Made by a program: the position numbers and the translations under genes. Below the pieces are notes generated by a model. The model was not told the DNA's origin and did no database searches. It saw only the letters and a program-made list of their open reading frames with translations. Shown here one piece after another: positions 40,500 to 54,389 of a stretch of 64,000 nucleotides of DNA (its first letter is position 1; each line of letters begins with the position of its first letter). The stretch spans positions 36,146,001 through 36,210,000 of the forward strand of contig OX597825.1 in the NCBI GenBank assembly GCA_951406725.2, in the 5' to 3' direction. Source of the stretch: Octopus vulgaris. Lineage: Eukaryota.

Positions 40500-41181
40500 C
40501 AGAGGGCCCGAAATTTTGAGGGGGGGGTTCCAGTCGATTACATCAAGCCCAGTGCGCAACTGGTACTTAATTTATCAACCCCGAAAGGATGAAAGGCAAA
40601 GTCGACTTCGGTGGAATTTGAACTCAGAACGTAAAGACAGTCGAAATACCACTAAGCCTTTTGCCCGACGTGCAGACGATTCTGCCAGCTCATCGCCTTC
40701 GCTGTCTTAGTAAGGAAGTTAGCAATAAGGCGGCGTGCTGGCAGAAGTGTTAGCACGTCGGGCAAAAGGCTTAGCGGTATTTCGTCTGTCTTTACGTTCT
40801 GAGTTCAAATTCTACCGAGGTCGACTTTGCCTTTCATTCTTTCGGGGTCGATAAATTAAGTACCAGTTATGCACTGAGTTTGATGTAATCGACTGGAACC
40901 CTCCCCCAAAATTTCTCGGCGGAAATTGAACTCAGAACGTAGCAGCAGACGAAATACCTATTTCTTTACTAGCCACAAGGGGCTAAACACAGAGGGGACA
41001 AACAAGGACAGACAAACGGATTAAGTCGATTACATCGACCCCAGTGCGTATCTGGTACTTTATTTATCGACCCCGAAAGGCAAGTCGACCTCGGTGGAAT
41101 TTGAACTCGGAACGCAGCGGCGGACGAAATATCGCAAAGCATTTCGCCCGGCGTGCTAACGTTTCTGCCAGCTCGCCGCCT
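40500..41181. mobile_element. Cluster of three family-A SINEs (minus 40500-40699, plus 40727-40915, dimeric minus 40915-41181)
   Basis: Direct sequence match to the family-A unit in alternating orientations. Confidence 0.85.
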
Positions 41182-43671
41182 TACTTCTACTCAGTTTCTG
41201 TCCATCAAAATCACTCACGAGGCGTTGGCTGACCCGGGACTATAGTTGAAGGCACTGAAGGTGCCACGCAATGGGAGTGAGCTCGAGAGCACGTGATTGC
41301 AAAACAAGCTTCTTAACCACACAACCATGCCTGCACCTCTGCATATCCGCATATTTTATCTGAGCTGTTCAGTCGACTACTACGTCCCCTGTACACGGTC
41401 TCAATCGACGAATTGTAACAGGTAGATAAAATCTGTGAAAGTGCGTGGCTTAGCGTAACCGGCTCACGATCGAAAGGTCGTAAGTTCGATTCCCGGCGGC
41501 GCGTTGTGTCCTTGAGCAAGACACTTTATTTCACGTTGCTCCAGTTCACTCAGCTGGCAAAAATGAGTTGTACTAGTATTTCAATGGGCCAGCCATGTTA
41601 CATTCTCTGTCACGCTGAATCTCCCTGAGGACTACGTTAATGGTATGCGTGTCCGTGGAGTGCTCAGCCACTTGCATGTTAATTTCACGAGCAAGCTGTT
41701 CCATTGATTGGATCAACTGGAACCCTCGTCGTCGTAACCGACGGAGTGCCAGTTTAAAAATAAAATCTATAAAAATTCACTTTTTCGTCCCGTTAATTCA
41801 TTTGGTACATATCGCACCGTCCCACGAAATTTTAACAAATCTGTATCACTACTAACAAACACTGCATCCGTTACCTCTATCAGTAACATATACTTGTTAC
41901 AGTATTGATAATGTCATTAACGCTTACACTTAACCACCACAGGAGCTTGACCGCTGGTCATGTTTAGTGATATGTTACGTCACTCTTCTGTTGAAAATCG
42001 ATGTCATAGGTCACCTTCCACTTGTCAAATATCTACAACTGTGGTACCTCGACCTTCTAGTAAAAGCAACCAAATTCCCACAAATCATACGCTTTATCGT
42101 CTTAAAAACAGAATACATTAGATAACGTGGTGTAGATACACCATCCGGGGGCGGGAAACGTGATGATCTCAGTTGGAGAGCCTTTTATCATAGTTCCATT
42201 GGAGCAAGTCTGACGTTGAATTAAACAACAATAACAACAACTTCTGTGGCTCTCCTGAGTCATACAAAAGGTTTAAACTGGGACCACCAAATGTTCCTAG
42301 ACCAGCAATTAATTTTGTCCGTTACACAACTGACTTACATTTACTTTTCCCCACTTTCCACTTCCTCCACCTCTCCTACACTGTTGTCCTGCTCTCCTTC
42401 AATTTCCCCTTCTTTCTCTGCTAGCCTTTCGCTTGTTTCTTTTTTCACATTTTTATACTTATTTTCTTCTAGTTGTGTAATAGTTTTCTTATCTTTATCC
42501 CCCTCTGTTTATTCTGTCTGTCTGTCTTTGTGTCTCTTTCGCTCTTACAATCTCGGTCGCCCAACTGCCCTGTCGATCCTCTCTTCCTCTTTATTTTTCT
42601 CTCTCCATTCTCTTTCCCTCCATTTTCTCTTTCTCATTTTCCGTACTCTCTTCCCCACCTTTCTCTCTCTCTCTCTCTTTCCCTTTCTCCCCACCTCTCT
42701 CTTACGTTCACTTGTTTTTTTCTTTTTAGGATAATCGCAGTTTGGTGAGTCAAAAATATATCCAAAAACCGGCCGGCGAGTTTTTACCGTTTCATATCTT
42801 GTCAACAACGTTGCTAAATGCTCTTGATCAAGATACTCAGCACTTTCTGGCTCAGTCTGCTCGACTGGAGACAGATACAGACACAAAAGAGCAATACAAA
42901 ATTGGCGAGTATCTCTTTAGCTTTCAGTTTTCAGTACCAATACTGAGTCACTCTAAACCCTGGCGAAATCAATAAACACACCTGAGTAACCCAAATCCCC
43001 AATCGTTGTTGCGTTACCCCAGTTGACCTCTGATTGGGCTGACCTTTATTATTATGTAAGTAGGTGGCTGAACGATTACAGCTACGTTGTTCTGGGAGTG
43101 AGAGCACACGATACTCTACGACATACACTGATGGATCATATGAGGCCGTCAGATAATACAGTTGACTTTCCTCTCCAGCCTGTATCTGTATCTGTCATAT
43201 TTTTTAACCGGGTAAATCAATGCTGTCCACAATAAAGCATTTTTCTGAGCATGCCTCACTTTACGTCAACTCCACTTTCTCTAACAAATTTCTCAAACCT
43301 GGTTGTTAATGCTCCAAATTCCCCCTACAGCTACTACGAAGACATTTTCTTCCTTCATTGTCCACATTCGTGCAATCTCATCATGTTATGGTTTGTATGT
43401 TTCAGTCTTTCCCAGTTCTTTATCACCTTCTCGTAGATTCTCAGGTATAGCAATACCTATGATCTTGGTTTCCTTTATAACTTTATCAACTACAACCATG
43501 TGTAGTCTCTGAGTAATCACTGAATCACACTGGATTGTAAAATCACACAAGATCTTATGCACGTTATTCTTGCTGACACCTGGTTAATGTATTTCAATGT
43601 CCCTTCAAGACCATACTTCTCACACAATCTCTATTGAACATACCTGCCTGCGTCCCCATCCAGATGTCATA

Positions 43672-43713
<42 letters not shown>

Positions 43714-45631
43714 CCTCTAATGGGCTTCCCTTTACTATCAACGGGTCTGCTCAAAAGAATAAAATTCCATGACAGGTACATTCATCACCTTAGATCACCC
43801 TGTTCTGGCAACAGCTTAATGATGGCTTTACTGCTCACTCACAAGACACCTGCCAGGTGACAGTCCGTCACCTGTAGTCCTGTCCTCAAGTACGCCGTTA
43901 TTTGTATTGATTCTCTCATCAATTACTCTCATACTAAGGAAATTTATTATTAGTAGTAGTAGTAGTATTGTGCGAGAGAACAGCACATGCCATTAAAGTG
44001 ACACTGGGGTACAAATATACGAAGCCCAATATACCCATCATGATTACCCGTCTGATAAGGGTACATCAGGCGCATGCATCACAAACGTATGTGAGCGACA
44101 TAGTGATCTCATATCAAGATAAACAGTACATGACCTTTCAGGTGGGGCCCAGTTAGAATTTTCTTCAGGTCGGGTATCCCATCCTGCTCAAAAGGTCTCT
44201 CAATAAGCTTGTTTAAGGATGTTGAACGAAACACTCTTATTTCCAGAGGTGAATTATTCAACCCTCAAAGAATTCCTCTCAACACATCGCTATGAAGCTC
44301 CCCTACTACTTCTGCTTGCGATCAGATATGCACATATCGTCAGTCACCAAGGAATATGCTTGTAGTAGTGACTGCAAAACTCAAGGTGGACACCAGATAA
44401 CCAAATAGCACACAATAATATAATGGCAAAATTTATATGCTCAACTTGTTATGGTCAAACATTTAACAAACAAATCTGGGGTATTGAGCAGAATATTTGC
44501 TGAAACCCATCTCTTATACTAAGACAAAACATGTACATGATAACACACCCTATCAGTTAAGATCAGAAGCCATGAGAACCAGTGTCTGGTATTGCATAGG
44601 GGTATTTAGGGGGTAAAATGGAGGTACCAAATATATTCGACACCGGCGTTATTTGAACTCAGAACGTAAAGTTGAAAGAAATCCCGCTAAACATTTCTTT
44701 CCGGCGCAGTAAAGATTCTGCCAGCTCGCCGCCTTACTGCCTTATATAATGCTTCTGCTTATGCATTATCGAATGAGTCATCAAGACAGAATGTGTTTTG
44801 AGAAAGATTTGGCTGCTGTTTCGATCATATCAGAAACTACTAGGGGTTTTCTCTGTTAACTCGTGTTGTTTTTGTTGTCTTTGATTTCAACTTTATTTAA
44901 CCCCAGGTCAATCTTTATCAAACAAACCTATTGATAAAAGGTGTTTCAAGTTTGACTGAACCACCTTCTTGTTCTTGTCTTTTTCAGGCAAAGTGTATGT
45001 AAGACTACATTGTCCAATGTGTCATTCCTTTTTTTTTTGAGACGACAGACTAACATTTACAGGAGATTTGGTTGTTAATTCCAAAAAGATCAAGTGATCG
45101 CATAGATATTCCCTCGTTGGTTTACTTTATCCTCATAACACCTGGTCCGGTCTGTTGGATCAGATCTGACCTAGGGTTAAGCACAGCAACAACAACAACA
45201 GAAGCAGAAACAGAAACAACAACAGAAACAGCAGCTGAGCAGCAAAAGCAGCAACAGTAGCAGCAACTCTTCAAGCGAGCGGACTGCCAGTTTGAGCTGA
45301 CACGAACCACGATGCCATTAAGTATAATTACATAGCTTTTCTACGGAATTTAAATGACAAGTGTTTATTATCCGAATCGGTAAGAAATTCTTTAATATAA
45401 TGGCGAGACTAACTTAATAGTAATTCCAATGTAATTGTCTAAATAAATTAAGCCTTCTTTTTTTTTTTATTCATTTCGAGTGTGTTTGGATAGATACATT
45501 ACTAAAATAGTTGTTGTTATTGCTTTCGTTTAGCCCCTGGTCAGCTCTGATTGAGTAGACCTTTGATCAAAAGCATTCTAACTGTGGCCATCTTTTTTAT
45601 TTATTTCTTCAAAGTATTTTCAAAGTATATA

Positions 45632-45794
45632 GGCGTAGGAGTAGCTGTGTGGTAATTAGGTTGCTTACGAACCACATGATTCCGGGTTCAGTCCCACTGC
45701 GTGGCACCTTGGGCAAGTGTCTTCTACTATAGCCTCGGGCCAACCAAAGCCTTGTGAGTGGGTTTGGTAGACGAAAACTGAAAGAAGCCCGTCG

Positions 45795-45862
<68 letters not shown>

Positions 45863-46272
45863 CCTGCTCGCAGCCAGCGGGGTGGCGTCATTCGAAGGCT
45901 AAGACAATGTGAACGAATTGTGACCACATGTGTAACACATCTGATGGACTGGTCGGTCATGTGATGGTGATGGTGATATATATATATATATATATATATA
46001 TGTGTATGTATGTATGTATATATTTTGTATGTATGTATTATGTATGTATGTGTGTGTATATGTTTGTGTGTCTGTGTTTGTCCCCCCAACATCGCTTGAC
46101 AACCGATGCTGGTGTATTTACGTCCCCGTAACACAGCGGTTCGCCAAAAGAGACCGATAGAATAAGTACTAGGCTTACAAAGAATAAGTCCTGGGTTCGA
46201 TTTGCTCGACTAAAGGCGGTGCTCCAGCATGGCCACACTCAAATGACTGAAACAAGTAAAAGAGCAAAAGAG
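45632..46272 (+). mobile_element. Full-length SINE family B with expanded internal microsatellite
   Basis: tRNA-like head GGCGTAGGAGTAGCTGTGTGG..GGTTCAGTCCC; (TA)n/(TATG)n middle; tail GAAACAAGTAAAAGAG. Confidence 0.88.
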
Positions 46273-46399
46273 ATCCGAATTAGCATTGATGGGATCAGTG
46301 TTTAACATCTCTTAGAGTCCTTCTATGTTTTGTATTTAACAATTTTTTTTCAGACTGACATGATTGAGCTATTAAGAAGATCGCTTTGCAACAGTTTCT

Positions 46400-47880
46400 T
46401 TACCTTCATTATTTTGTGTGTTGATGTAGGGATATCGGAAGGGGTCTTATGGAATGAGGCTGATTAGGTTAGAGTGAATTGAAAGGATTGGTTTACTGTT
46501 AAAGTCCAACAACATCTTGTATTTCTTATTTTCTAGTACTTTACCAGGTTCATGTTCATACCATTTATCAGTATGGTCAAATACTAACTTTCTACATAAC
46601 TCCCAATGGATTGCTCTCCCTAGATTGTCATGTCTTTTCTTGTATTCTTTCTGTGCCAGTAGGCTACATTCACTTACTACATGATTAACGCTTTCCTCTT
46701 TTGATTTGCATAATATACATTGGGAAGCTAATTGGATTTTGTTTATCTTGGTTTTTATCCAACTAGTCCTTAATGCTTGATCTTGTGCAGCTACTAACAA
46801 ACTTTCTGTCTCCCTCTTCACCTTTCCTTTCTGCAACCATAACCATGTCTCACTACTACTGTTTGCTGCAACTATCTTTGGGAATCTCCCAAGCAACGCT
46901 TTCTCCTGCCAGTCAGATTATTCCTGTTCTTTTTTCTGCCTTTTAACTTCGTTTGGTGTTTTGGTTTCCCTGTGTCTTGCTGTGACTCTAGCAGATTTTA
47001 ATAAACTTTCTTCACTATTACCTACATAGGAGACTATATTTACTCTAGCTAACTCCATGCAATATTCTACTTATATTAACACTCTTCGGCTTTCCTTTCT
47101 AGGTAGGTATAATCTTGCTACTCCTGCCCTTGGGTGGAATCCGCCATTCATATTGAATTCCTTCCTAGTTCTTGTCTAGCTTTGCTAATTCAGTTTTTGT
47201 TCAAGCTATAAAATCTGCTGAGTATCTAAGTAATAATACTGCCTAAGTATTCACAGCCTTATTCGGACAATTTAGCTTTGACTTCATTAGCTTCCTCACC
47301 CTTCTGGTGTACTCCTTCTCAATTTCCGTTTTTAATTTCTGTAGTTAGTACTATGTCCATGTCTATATCTTCTCCTTTCAATGATTGTAATGTTTGGCCA
47401 TCCGGTAATTGGATGCCTTCGCTGTTGACCACCTGTCCCCTTCTCATACCTAATATTACACACTCATCTATGCCAAAGTCCATGTCTATATCTTTGCTGA
47501 AGAGTCTTACAGTCTGTATTAAGGAATCTATCTCTTTTTCATTCTTACTAAAAAGCTTCACATCATCCATGTAGAGCAAATGGTTAATTTTCCGTTACTA
47601 TTTCTGAACTGATACCCTGCCTTTGCCTTCCTAAATACTAAACTGAGGGGGATCAAACATATGACAAATATTAAAGGAGACAACGAGTTCCTCCGGAAAA
47701 TTCCTCTTTTGGTATTAACTTTTCCTAAGAGTGTGTCTCCTGAGTAGAGATCTACTTTCCATTTCTTCATGCTACAGCTAATTAATTCTCTTATGTTGTC
47801 TGCTACACTGAATATACTCAAACATTTACTTATCTATGAGTGTGGGATCATGTCATAGACTTTCCTGTAATTATAGATTA
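46400..47880 (-). mobile_element. Degenerate RLE-type LINE: RT, CCHC knuckle, start of endonuclease
   Basis: KRGIF...SLSPLIF, LYMDDVKLF, CILCKSKEESVNHVVSEC...YKKRHD. Confidence 0.9.
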
Positions 47881-47921
47881 TAATCTATCCATGGTATTGT
47901 TATGCTATGAAATTTTTACGA

Positions 47922-47995
47922 TGGCCGGATAACTGAAGAGATGTCGGCGAGGATTTCCACCTCGGCATCCGAAACTCGGAGTTTTATCATGGCTA
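47922..47995 (+). ncRNA. Type I hammerhead ribozyme candidate in a Penelope-type terminal repeat
   Basis: tggccg gataa-CTGAAGA-gatgtcg..cggcatcc-GAAA-ctcgga GTT-ttatc a tggcta. Confidence 0.75.
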
Positions 47996-48020
47996 CCGGA
48001 TAATTGTCACATATTACATT

Positions 48021-48081
<61 letters not shown>

Positions 48082-48943
48082 GCATACATAATGTTTGTGC
48101 ATCGGAGCGACGAAGAGCATCTAGTCTTCTTTAAGCATGACTGATGACTTGCGTGGTAATTCTGCTTTGAGTGAAGAAGAGTTGCACGCTGTCAATCTCA
48201 CTCTTTCATCCGTAACTATCTCCAATCCAGTGACAAGACAAGGTTAAGATGACTAAGGATGGAAACGAATGAGATGGATGTCCAACATATCATACTTGCC
48301 TCAATTTGTTCCCTGCAGTCCACAATGCATTGCAACAGCCGCCTTTCCGTCCGTTGAACTATCAACGTTTCTTCCGCAGCGCCCACCAAGTCGCCTTTAC
48401 ATGTATGGCTAAGCAAGCTCTAATATGTTAATTAATCTACACCTGGGGTTATTACAGGTGCTACTACTTCAGGGCAGAGTAGACCTGAGAACGATACTAG
48501 ATAAAAGGTAGTTCCATACTGCTCAAAACACTCAAACTCCCAAACCAGGGCCCCACTAATATATGCACTCATACCCAGGGCATATATGCATATTAATATA
48601 CAAAACATTAAGCATATAAGTATAGATATAAGCACTCGCTCTCTCTCTCTCTCTCTCTCTCACGCGCGCGCGTGTGTTTGCGCTATACATAGTACAAACA
48701 TGAACGTACTTACATTCCCATATACACATATTCTTTTATTCTTTTTATTGTTTCAGTCATTTGATTGACTGCGATCATGCTGGAGCAGCGCCTTTAAGTC
48801 GAAGCTATCGGCTCCAGGACTTATTTTTTGTAAGCCTAGTACTTGTTGTACCTGTATCTTTTGCCGAACCGCTACGTTACGGGGACGTAAACACACAAAC
48901 ATAGGTTGTGAAACGATAGCGGGGGAGCAAATACACACACACA

Positions 48944-48984
<41 letters not shown>

Positions 48985-49006
48985 GCACACACACACACAC
49001 ACACAT

Positions 49007-49046
<40 letters not shown>

Positions 49047-49734
49047 GTCGGGCTTCTTTTCAGTTTCCGTCCATCAAATCCACTGACAAGGCTTTGGTCA
49101 GCCCGAGGCTATAGTTGAAGACACTTGCCCAAAGTACCACGCAGTGAGATTGAAATCGGAACCATATTGCTGGGAAGCAAGCTACTTACCACACAGCCAC
49201 GCCTGTGCCTAAATATGCATACTTCAAAAAACAGACACACTCACTTAAACATACACATAGTTACTTCTACATTAATAGAAATCAGACAACAGCTACACAT
49301 ACTTGATACACTCAAACACCCCATCCAGATCCTTGATAAGCAGGTTGACTATTACAGGCAATTTAAGCAAGAGAAATTTACACCAATATATGTGCGTAAA
49401 TTATACCACTTATCTCTGCCTATCTGTCTGCCTATATTTCAACAATTTCTCCCCTCCATCACACATCACTCTCTCTTTCTCTCCGTGCAATTACATTGTT
49501 CTTTCTTCGTGTTAGGTCAAAGAGACAATGTCAACCTAACCAGACAAAAACATGTCATCAGGTATCAGCTAACAATGTGAACAGTGTATGAATCGCCAAA
49601 TTTGTAAATTTTGTTAATCTTCATCATAATGGCGCAAACTGTGGCTGTGTGGTAAGAAATTTACTTCCCAACGACATGGTTCGGGGTTCAGTCCCACCGC
49701 GTGGTACCTTGGATTACTGTCACTTACTATAGCC

Positions 49735-50130
49735 TGGGTAATGCCTGTCTATCAGGGTGTTTTTGAGTTCTTGCAGTCTGAGGTATTTTTTTCTGACACT
49801 ATTGTGCATATCTTTCTTGCAAGGTAATAGGGGATGTTTGTTTTGGTGTGTCTTGGGTGGCATGAATTAAATAATATTGTTTGGAGTCTGTGGTTTTGTA
49901 GAATATGTCTGTTTCTGTTTTTAGGTTTATTTTTTAATTCGTATATCCAAGAATGGGAGCTCCTTTTGGTTGTATTTCATTGTGAACTGTATGTTTGGGT
50001 TGATGCTGTTCAATAGTCTTTTTAATTTCAGGAGTTTGTCTGTGTTTTCATTCCAGAGGATGAAACAGTCGTCTAGGAATCTTTTCCAATTTTCTTTTAT
50101 GTATGCTTTTAGGATGCTGCGATATTTATT
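49735..50130 (-). mobile_element. Penelope-like element RT fragment
   Basis: Manual translation: WKRFLDDCFILW, NSINPNIQFTM, ELPFLDI, HPRHTKTNIPY. Confidence 0.8.
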
Positions 50131-50134
50131 CTGC

Positions 50135-50733
50135 TGAGAACTGGAGAGGGCCAGTCGTGTCCGAAGTCACCGAAGGAAGAGGTATAGCTATCGGCCTTCG
50201 ATGGTAATGCCTGTCGGATAGGCTCGTGAGATAGAGACCCAAAGTGGCTATGATGTTACAATAAGGTCTTTGACGAATCAGCAGGAGTGTTTGGTAACCG
50301 AACCCGAGGAAATGTGTAAGGTTTTTCTGGAGTATTTTGCCCAGCTTTTCGGGAGAGGTGGTGGACCGGAGCGCAGGATTGACCTCACGGACTTCCTCGC
50401 CGGTTTGTCACGTCTCTCGGGGCGAGAAGCGGAATGCTGTGAGGGACCGATCACAACTGCAGAGGTGGAGGAGGCCTTATCGGACTGTGGCGGGGACAAG
50501 TCACCTGGTCTTCCCTACGAACTTTATTACAGAATGCCAGACTTGTTTGGGCACCTACTGGCATGCGTCTACCCCAACTTGCAGCAGAACGGGTTTATAA
50601 CCAAATATGTGAACCGTGGGGTCATGGTGCTGCAAAAAAGAACCCAAACAAGGGGGATAAGATAGACAATTTCAGGTCCATCACTCTACTTAACTCAGGA
50701 TTGAAGATTTTGGTCAAGGTATTAGCAAAAAGG
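50135..50733 (+). mobile_element. L1/Tx1-like LINE ORF2 fragment
   Basis: EGPITTAEVEEAL...KSPGLPYELY; NFRSITLLNSGLKILVKVLAKR; local GC rise. Confidence 0.85.
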
Positions 50734-53700
50734 TTTAACTCATTACTATTCGAAACAGCCATATCAGTCCCAAATATTCTTCCCGTTTTATGTTCAAACT
50801 GGACAAATCAGGTCTTTCATAACGTAAATATCTTAAAAGAAAATTATCTCAGTCTTGCACAGTTTTATAGCACTGATGTAAATAGGTATATGCTTTATGC
50901 AGGCCATCGCCGTCTTTAGTGTTTGGGGGAGCTTGGAATATATTCTGGGTGGGCACTAATTAGTAATAATATTAAATATTATTAATTATTAGTAATTAGT
51001 AATAATGTTTAAATTGCTCTAACCTTTAGCTGAGTAACTCTTCAAGTTTTATTTTTTAGTATAGAAATACGGAAATGTTTTTCTTTTTTTTCTTCTTTTC
51101 TTTCTTCTTTTGTTTCATTTTTTTTTTTTTTACAAATTTGAGTGTAGCAATTCAGATAATGCTCCCTATTGCAATTTTTTTTTTAGTTGCCAGCTATGAC
51201 AAAATTGTCCACATATTACTTTGATCTTACTGCTGAGAGCTTCAGATTGCCAGCATTAGACTACACTGCATGCGAGAAAATTGAAAACACAGCTTTGAGA
51301 ATATTGGTGTGTTTGCATCGTCAAAAGTAGGAAAATAAAGTTCAAGACTGTTCGTGAATGTAGCTGAAAAAAAACAAAAACAAACAAAACCCTGCGTAAA
51401 TAAGGAATTTCATTTAAAGTTCCATTTAATTAGAATCATTATAAATGCTTATAATCTTTGTATTGTTTTACGGTTTTAATGTATCTATATATATTTTGTT
51501 TGTATATTTTATCAATTATATGTATGTATTGAAACAGTTTCAATGCCATAATAGAAATTAACTGTAATTGTAAAAACAAAATGGCTTACTGGCGCCATTT
51601 ATTGGTTTGGTTTTGGTATGATGAATCCCAATTATGCCCATGTACACGCGCGCGCATGCAGATGTACATACATAAGTCCACATAAAGACATTAAGTCTGC
51701 ATTGCAAGTTAAACAATACATTTTTTTTTGTTACGCAAGTGATGTGTCCCCACCGTCCTTGGAAATGCTTTTATCTACGAAGTGGGTGCATAGCTAGATA
51801 ACTGCCACGTTAATCAATCATGCACGTACAAATCAATAATGCTATCTACTTTTTAAAAAATTAAATAAAAACCAAAACAAAGAAAAAAGAGAATATATCG
51901 GACCTTTGTGCTTAAGAAGTAATTACACGTTGGTTGTCTTACAATGATAGTAACAACTTCAAATTGTAATAAAGAAAATTCTAATGCTATAATCATTTAA
52001 TCATTGTATAAAGAACAAAGGTTTAAGGATTTATCTATCACTGATAACCGACATAAATGATATTTACCTTTCTTTCTTTTTTCTTTGACGAAGTAGAATG
52101 GCCTCCTATCTTTAAAGAAATACTTTTAAGACCATTTGAAATTTGAAAATATCGACCGTCTTTGCGTTTCGTCTGTCTTTACGTTCTGAGTTCAAATTCC
52201 GCCGAGGTCGACTTTGCCTTTCATCCTTTCAGGAACGAAAAAATGAGCACTGGGTCGATGTAATCGACTTATTCTTCCCTCGAAATTACTGGCCTTATGC
52301 AAAAATGTGAAACCAACATTAACTTAACTATTTTCCATTTGTTCTTATTTTATCTTTGTTAGAAGGGTAAGTGCAGTGCATATGAATCTAAAACGCTGAT
52401 AAAGCAAAGAAGAGCAAACAACGGCTCATCAAATATAGTCCATGCGATGGCTTCCGTACAGTTTTCGTCTGCCTATTTCACACAAGAAAACTTGGACTGA
52501 CCCGAGGTTAAAGTTAAAGAGACTTGTCTCGGGCCCGCAATGAGAATAGAACCCAATATTTTATCTCTATTATCTTTTAATTGTTTCAGTCATTAGACTG
52601 CAGCCATGCTGGGGAACCGCTTAGAAGAACTTTAGTCGAATGAATCAACCCTAGTACTATTTTTTTAAAGCCTGGTACTTATTCTATTGGTCATTTTTGC
52701 CGGATCGCTAAGTTACGGGGACGTAAGCACACCAGCATCAGTTGTCAAGTGATGTTGAGGAGACAAACACACACATTTATACTTTTATAAACACGACGGG
52801 CTTCTTTCAGTTTCCGTCTACCAATCCCACTCACAAGGCTTTAGTCGGCCCGAGGCTATCGTAGAAGACACTAGCCCAAGGTACCACGTAGTGGGATTTA
52901 ATCCGGAACCATGTGGTCGAGAAGCAAACTTCTTACTATGTGCTGCGAAAAAAACTTTGATTAGACGGTCATGCCTGCCCCATGAATGGAGCAACCGTGG
53001 TTATCTAGCATGTCAGAGGATGACTAAATCCTCAGGAGAAACCCTTTACAATAAATTATACGACCATCTGTCCACACGGGGTAAAATATCACTGAAGGAC
53101 TAGTAAGGTTGTAATTATGTTTATTTTCCTCATTACTATTGTGTTGCTGAATACTGTGTCTTTGAATTGAATAGTGCCACATAAGCCTTCCTTTATTTGC
53201 AGTAAAGTTCCTTATAGCATCATTATTACTTAACAGTAAATCAACTTGGGTATGGTCATATTTTGTCAAGTAATTCAACTATTACCAAGTAAAATTTATC
53301 AAAGACATTCCAGGTGTGACTGTTCCATCATATTAGAACTATGCATAAAATTGCGTTGTTTTATTTAAATTAGTAGGGTATGACTTGGGGGAGAATTGAC
53401 TGCTCTTTTTTGCTGGTCAACTGATGACAGAGAGGCTCAGTCGTTGATACGTTGGTATTGTTTAGTCTTAGGTAAGCCCTGATCAACCAAACCAATGATC
53501 AAATGCATTCTAACCGTGACCATCCATTGTTTTTCTATGTGCAGGATTCACAGGACAACATCTTACAGCTTTTTAATTTTTTTTTAAGACGATAGAGTAG
53601 TGTTTCCCCGCCGTTTTACACTTGGTGAGCCCCTGGAATAAATTTTATGTCTTTGGGTAGCCCTACATAAAATCTGCTTATCTTTTCCTTTCTCTGTCAT

Positions 53701-53780
53701 GAAGTTAATTTCTGTACACAAATTATTTTTTCTGATAACTAGTTTTAGCAAAATGAAATAAATAAATAAAATGTAAAATA

Positions 53781-53863
<83 letters not shown>

Positions 53864-54389
53864 TGATGATAAAATAATAATAATAATATATAATTGAAAA
53901 TAACAAGAATTTCTTAAATTTATTGACAATATAAAATAATAAATAGAAATCGAGCTGTTTGTTCAAGAGACTTCATAAGGAGGTTTGCATTTTCACAGGC
54001 AATGAATAATTAAATAAATAAATAAATAAATAGATAAATAGACATTTTTGTATTCACAAATATAGATGTACACAACCGACAACCAACATGCTATGTAACA
54101 CATCGAAACAACAAAAGCCAATAATAATTAAGTTAATTTATATATATATATATATTTCTAATGTAGAAAAACTATAAAATAAATCAAGGAAATATGACAC
54201 ATGTGTCATTGTAATGTTATTTTCGATCACGTGGATAATTTTCTAACGAACCGCGACATCGGATATAGTGGTCTGATTGCTATATATTACCGCTACAACG
54301 CTTAGATACTTAAGATACGGGAGACATGAAATAAAGTTATACCTTTACATCTTATACACCTGCAGAACTATATCTGAAGATATCTGTCA

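Noticed and set aside
41440-41510. tRNA-like sequences with A/B boxes here and at other SINE heads
   Set aside because: They continue into SINE bodies and lack a clean cloverleaf; not tRNA genes
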